Shown here piece after piece: positions 63,301 through 64,000 of a stretch of 64,000 bases of DNA (its first letter is position 1; each line of letters starts with the position of its first letter). Both the position numbers and the translations under genes were made by a program. The DNA is taken from positions 58,902,001-58,966,000 of the forward strand of contig NC_087437.1 of assembly GCF_036321535.1 (NCBI RefSeq). The letters run 5' to 3'. The stretch comes from Camelus dromedarius (lineage: Eukaryota). The notes beneath the pieces are model-generated. The model ran no database searches, was not told the origin of the DNA, and worked only from the letters and a program-made list of their open reading frames with translations.

Positions 63301-64000
63301 CTCCCAAAACTGACACACTGCATGGCCAACGCCAATGTCTAAATACAAGTATCGCACAAACCAAGAGGAGGATAACAGGGGATTTGTTTCCCAATAATTG
63401 GAGAAAGTAAAGCAGGACTAGAAAACTGTTTTTCCAGAATATATTCTTTCTTCTTTACTTTGAGAGTCATTGTCTCCTCCACATACTACTGCCCCTGAAC
63501 CTCATGATCGAGGTACCACAAACAAAAGAGGAACAAGCCACTGGATTACGAATTGCCCCTTGTGTTAGTATCACTTTATATATGTCAGGTCACTGTTACA
63601 AATCTCACCCCACCAGACCTGTACAAGCCCTTCCCATTATCAGCCAAGGTGGTCTGCCCTGTGATGTGACTAGTATTCACTACTTAGCATCTTAGTATTT
63701 CTTACTAAGCTGGGTACTAGGGGAGACGCAACAAAGTGTAAGAAGTGGGCAGAGCTGCCCCTTGATGCACATACTGTTTATCTGAGGGACAAGCTACGGG
63801 TGGGTAAGACAGTATGAATGAAGTTCCAAATGACCTGGGCACTCAGTAAGGATAGGAGAAGACAGAAGACACTGTGGGCCAAGGAGATCAGGAAAGGGAA
63901 GAAGAGAAACGAGCTGGCGTGGGGGGGGGGGCCTGCTGGACTCCAGCCTTTCACACACATCGCGTTCAGTCTTCTCTAACTGATGCTATCATAGCACTGC

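Noticed and set aside
1..64000. CRISPR array, prokaryotic operon, numt, processed pseudogene or intact ERV/transposase
   Set aside because: No regularly spaced repeat-spacer array, long ORF, mitochondrial-like or gag/pol/env-like translation was seen by eye. Short or highly diverged examples could be missed without a search.

Overview
Mammalian nuclear non-coding DNA, most likely from a camelid (camel/alpaca/llama), judged from five tRNA-Ala-derived Vic-1-type SINEs and cetartiodactyl-type L1 3' ends. I find no credible protein-coding exon, functional RNA gene, CRISPR array or prokaryotic system. The ORF track is chance ORFs plus L1 ORF2 remnants. Much of the window is eroded repeats (MIR, L2, L1, MLT1/LTR16 LTRs, MER DNA transposons) and microsatellites. 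Unique features are: (i) a CpG island at ~31.2-31.8 kb with a cluster of posterior-HOX/CDX, PBX-HOX and FOX motifs, a palindrome and a minus-strand splice donor; (ii) a motif-rich block at ~2.2-7.9 kb with a second minus-strand donor; (iii) an L1 insertion with an apparent 3' transduction inside its target-site duplication (TSD). LTR/L1 orientation bias suggests the window lies in intron(s) of an unidentified minus-strand gene. Repeat family names come from recall of consensus sequences, not a database search, and most repeat boundaries are approximate. I cannot support a claim of a wholly new biological system.
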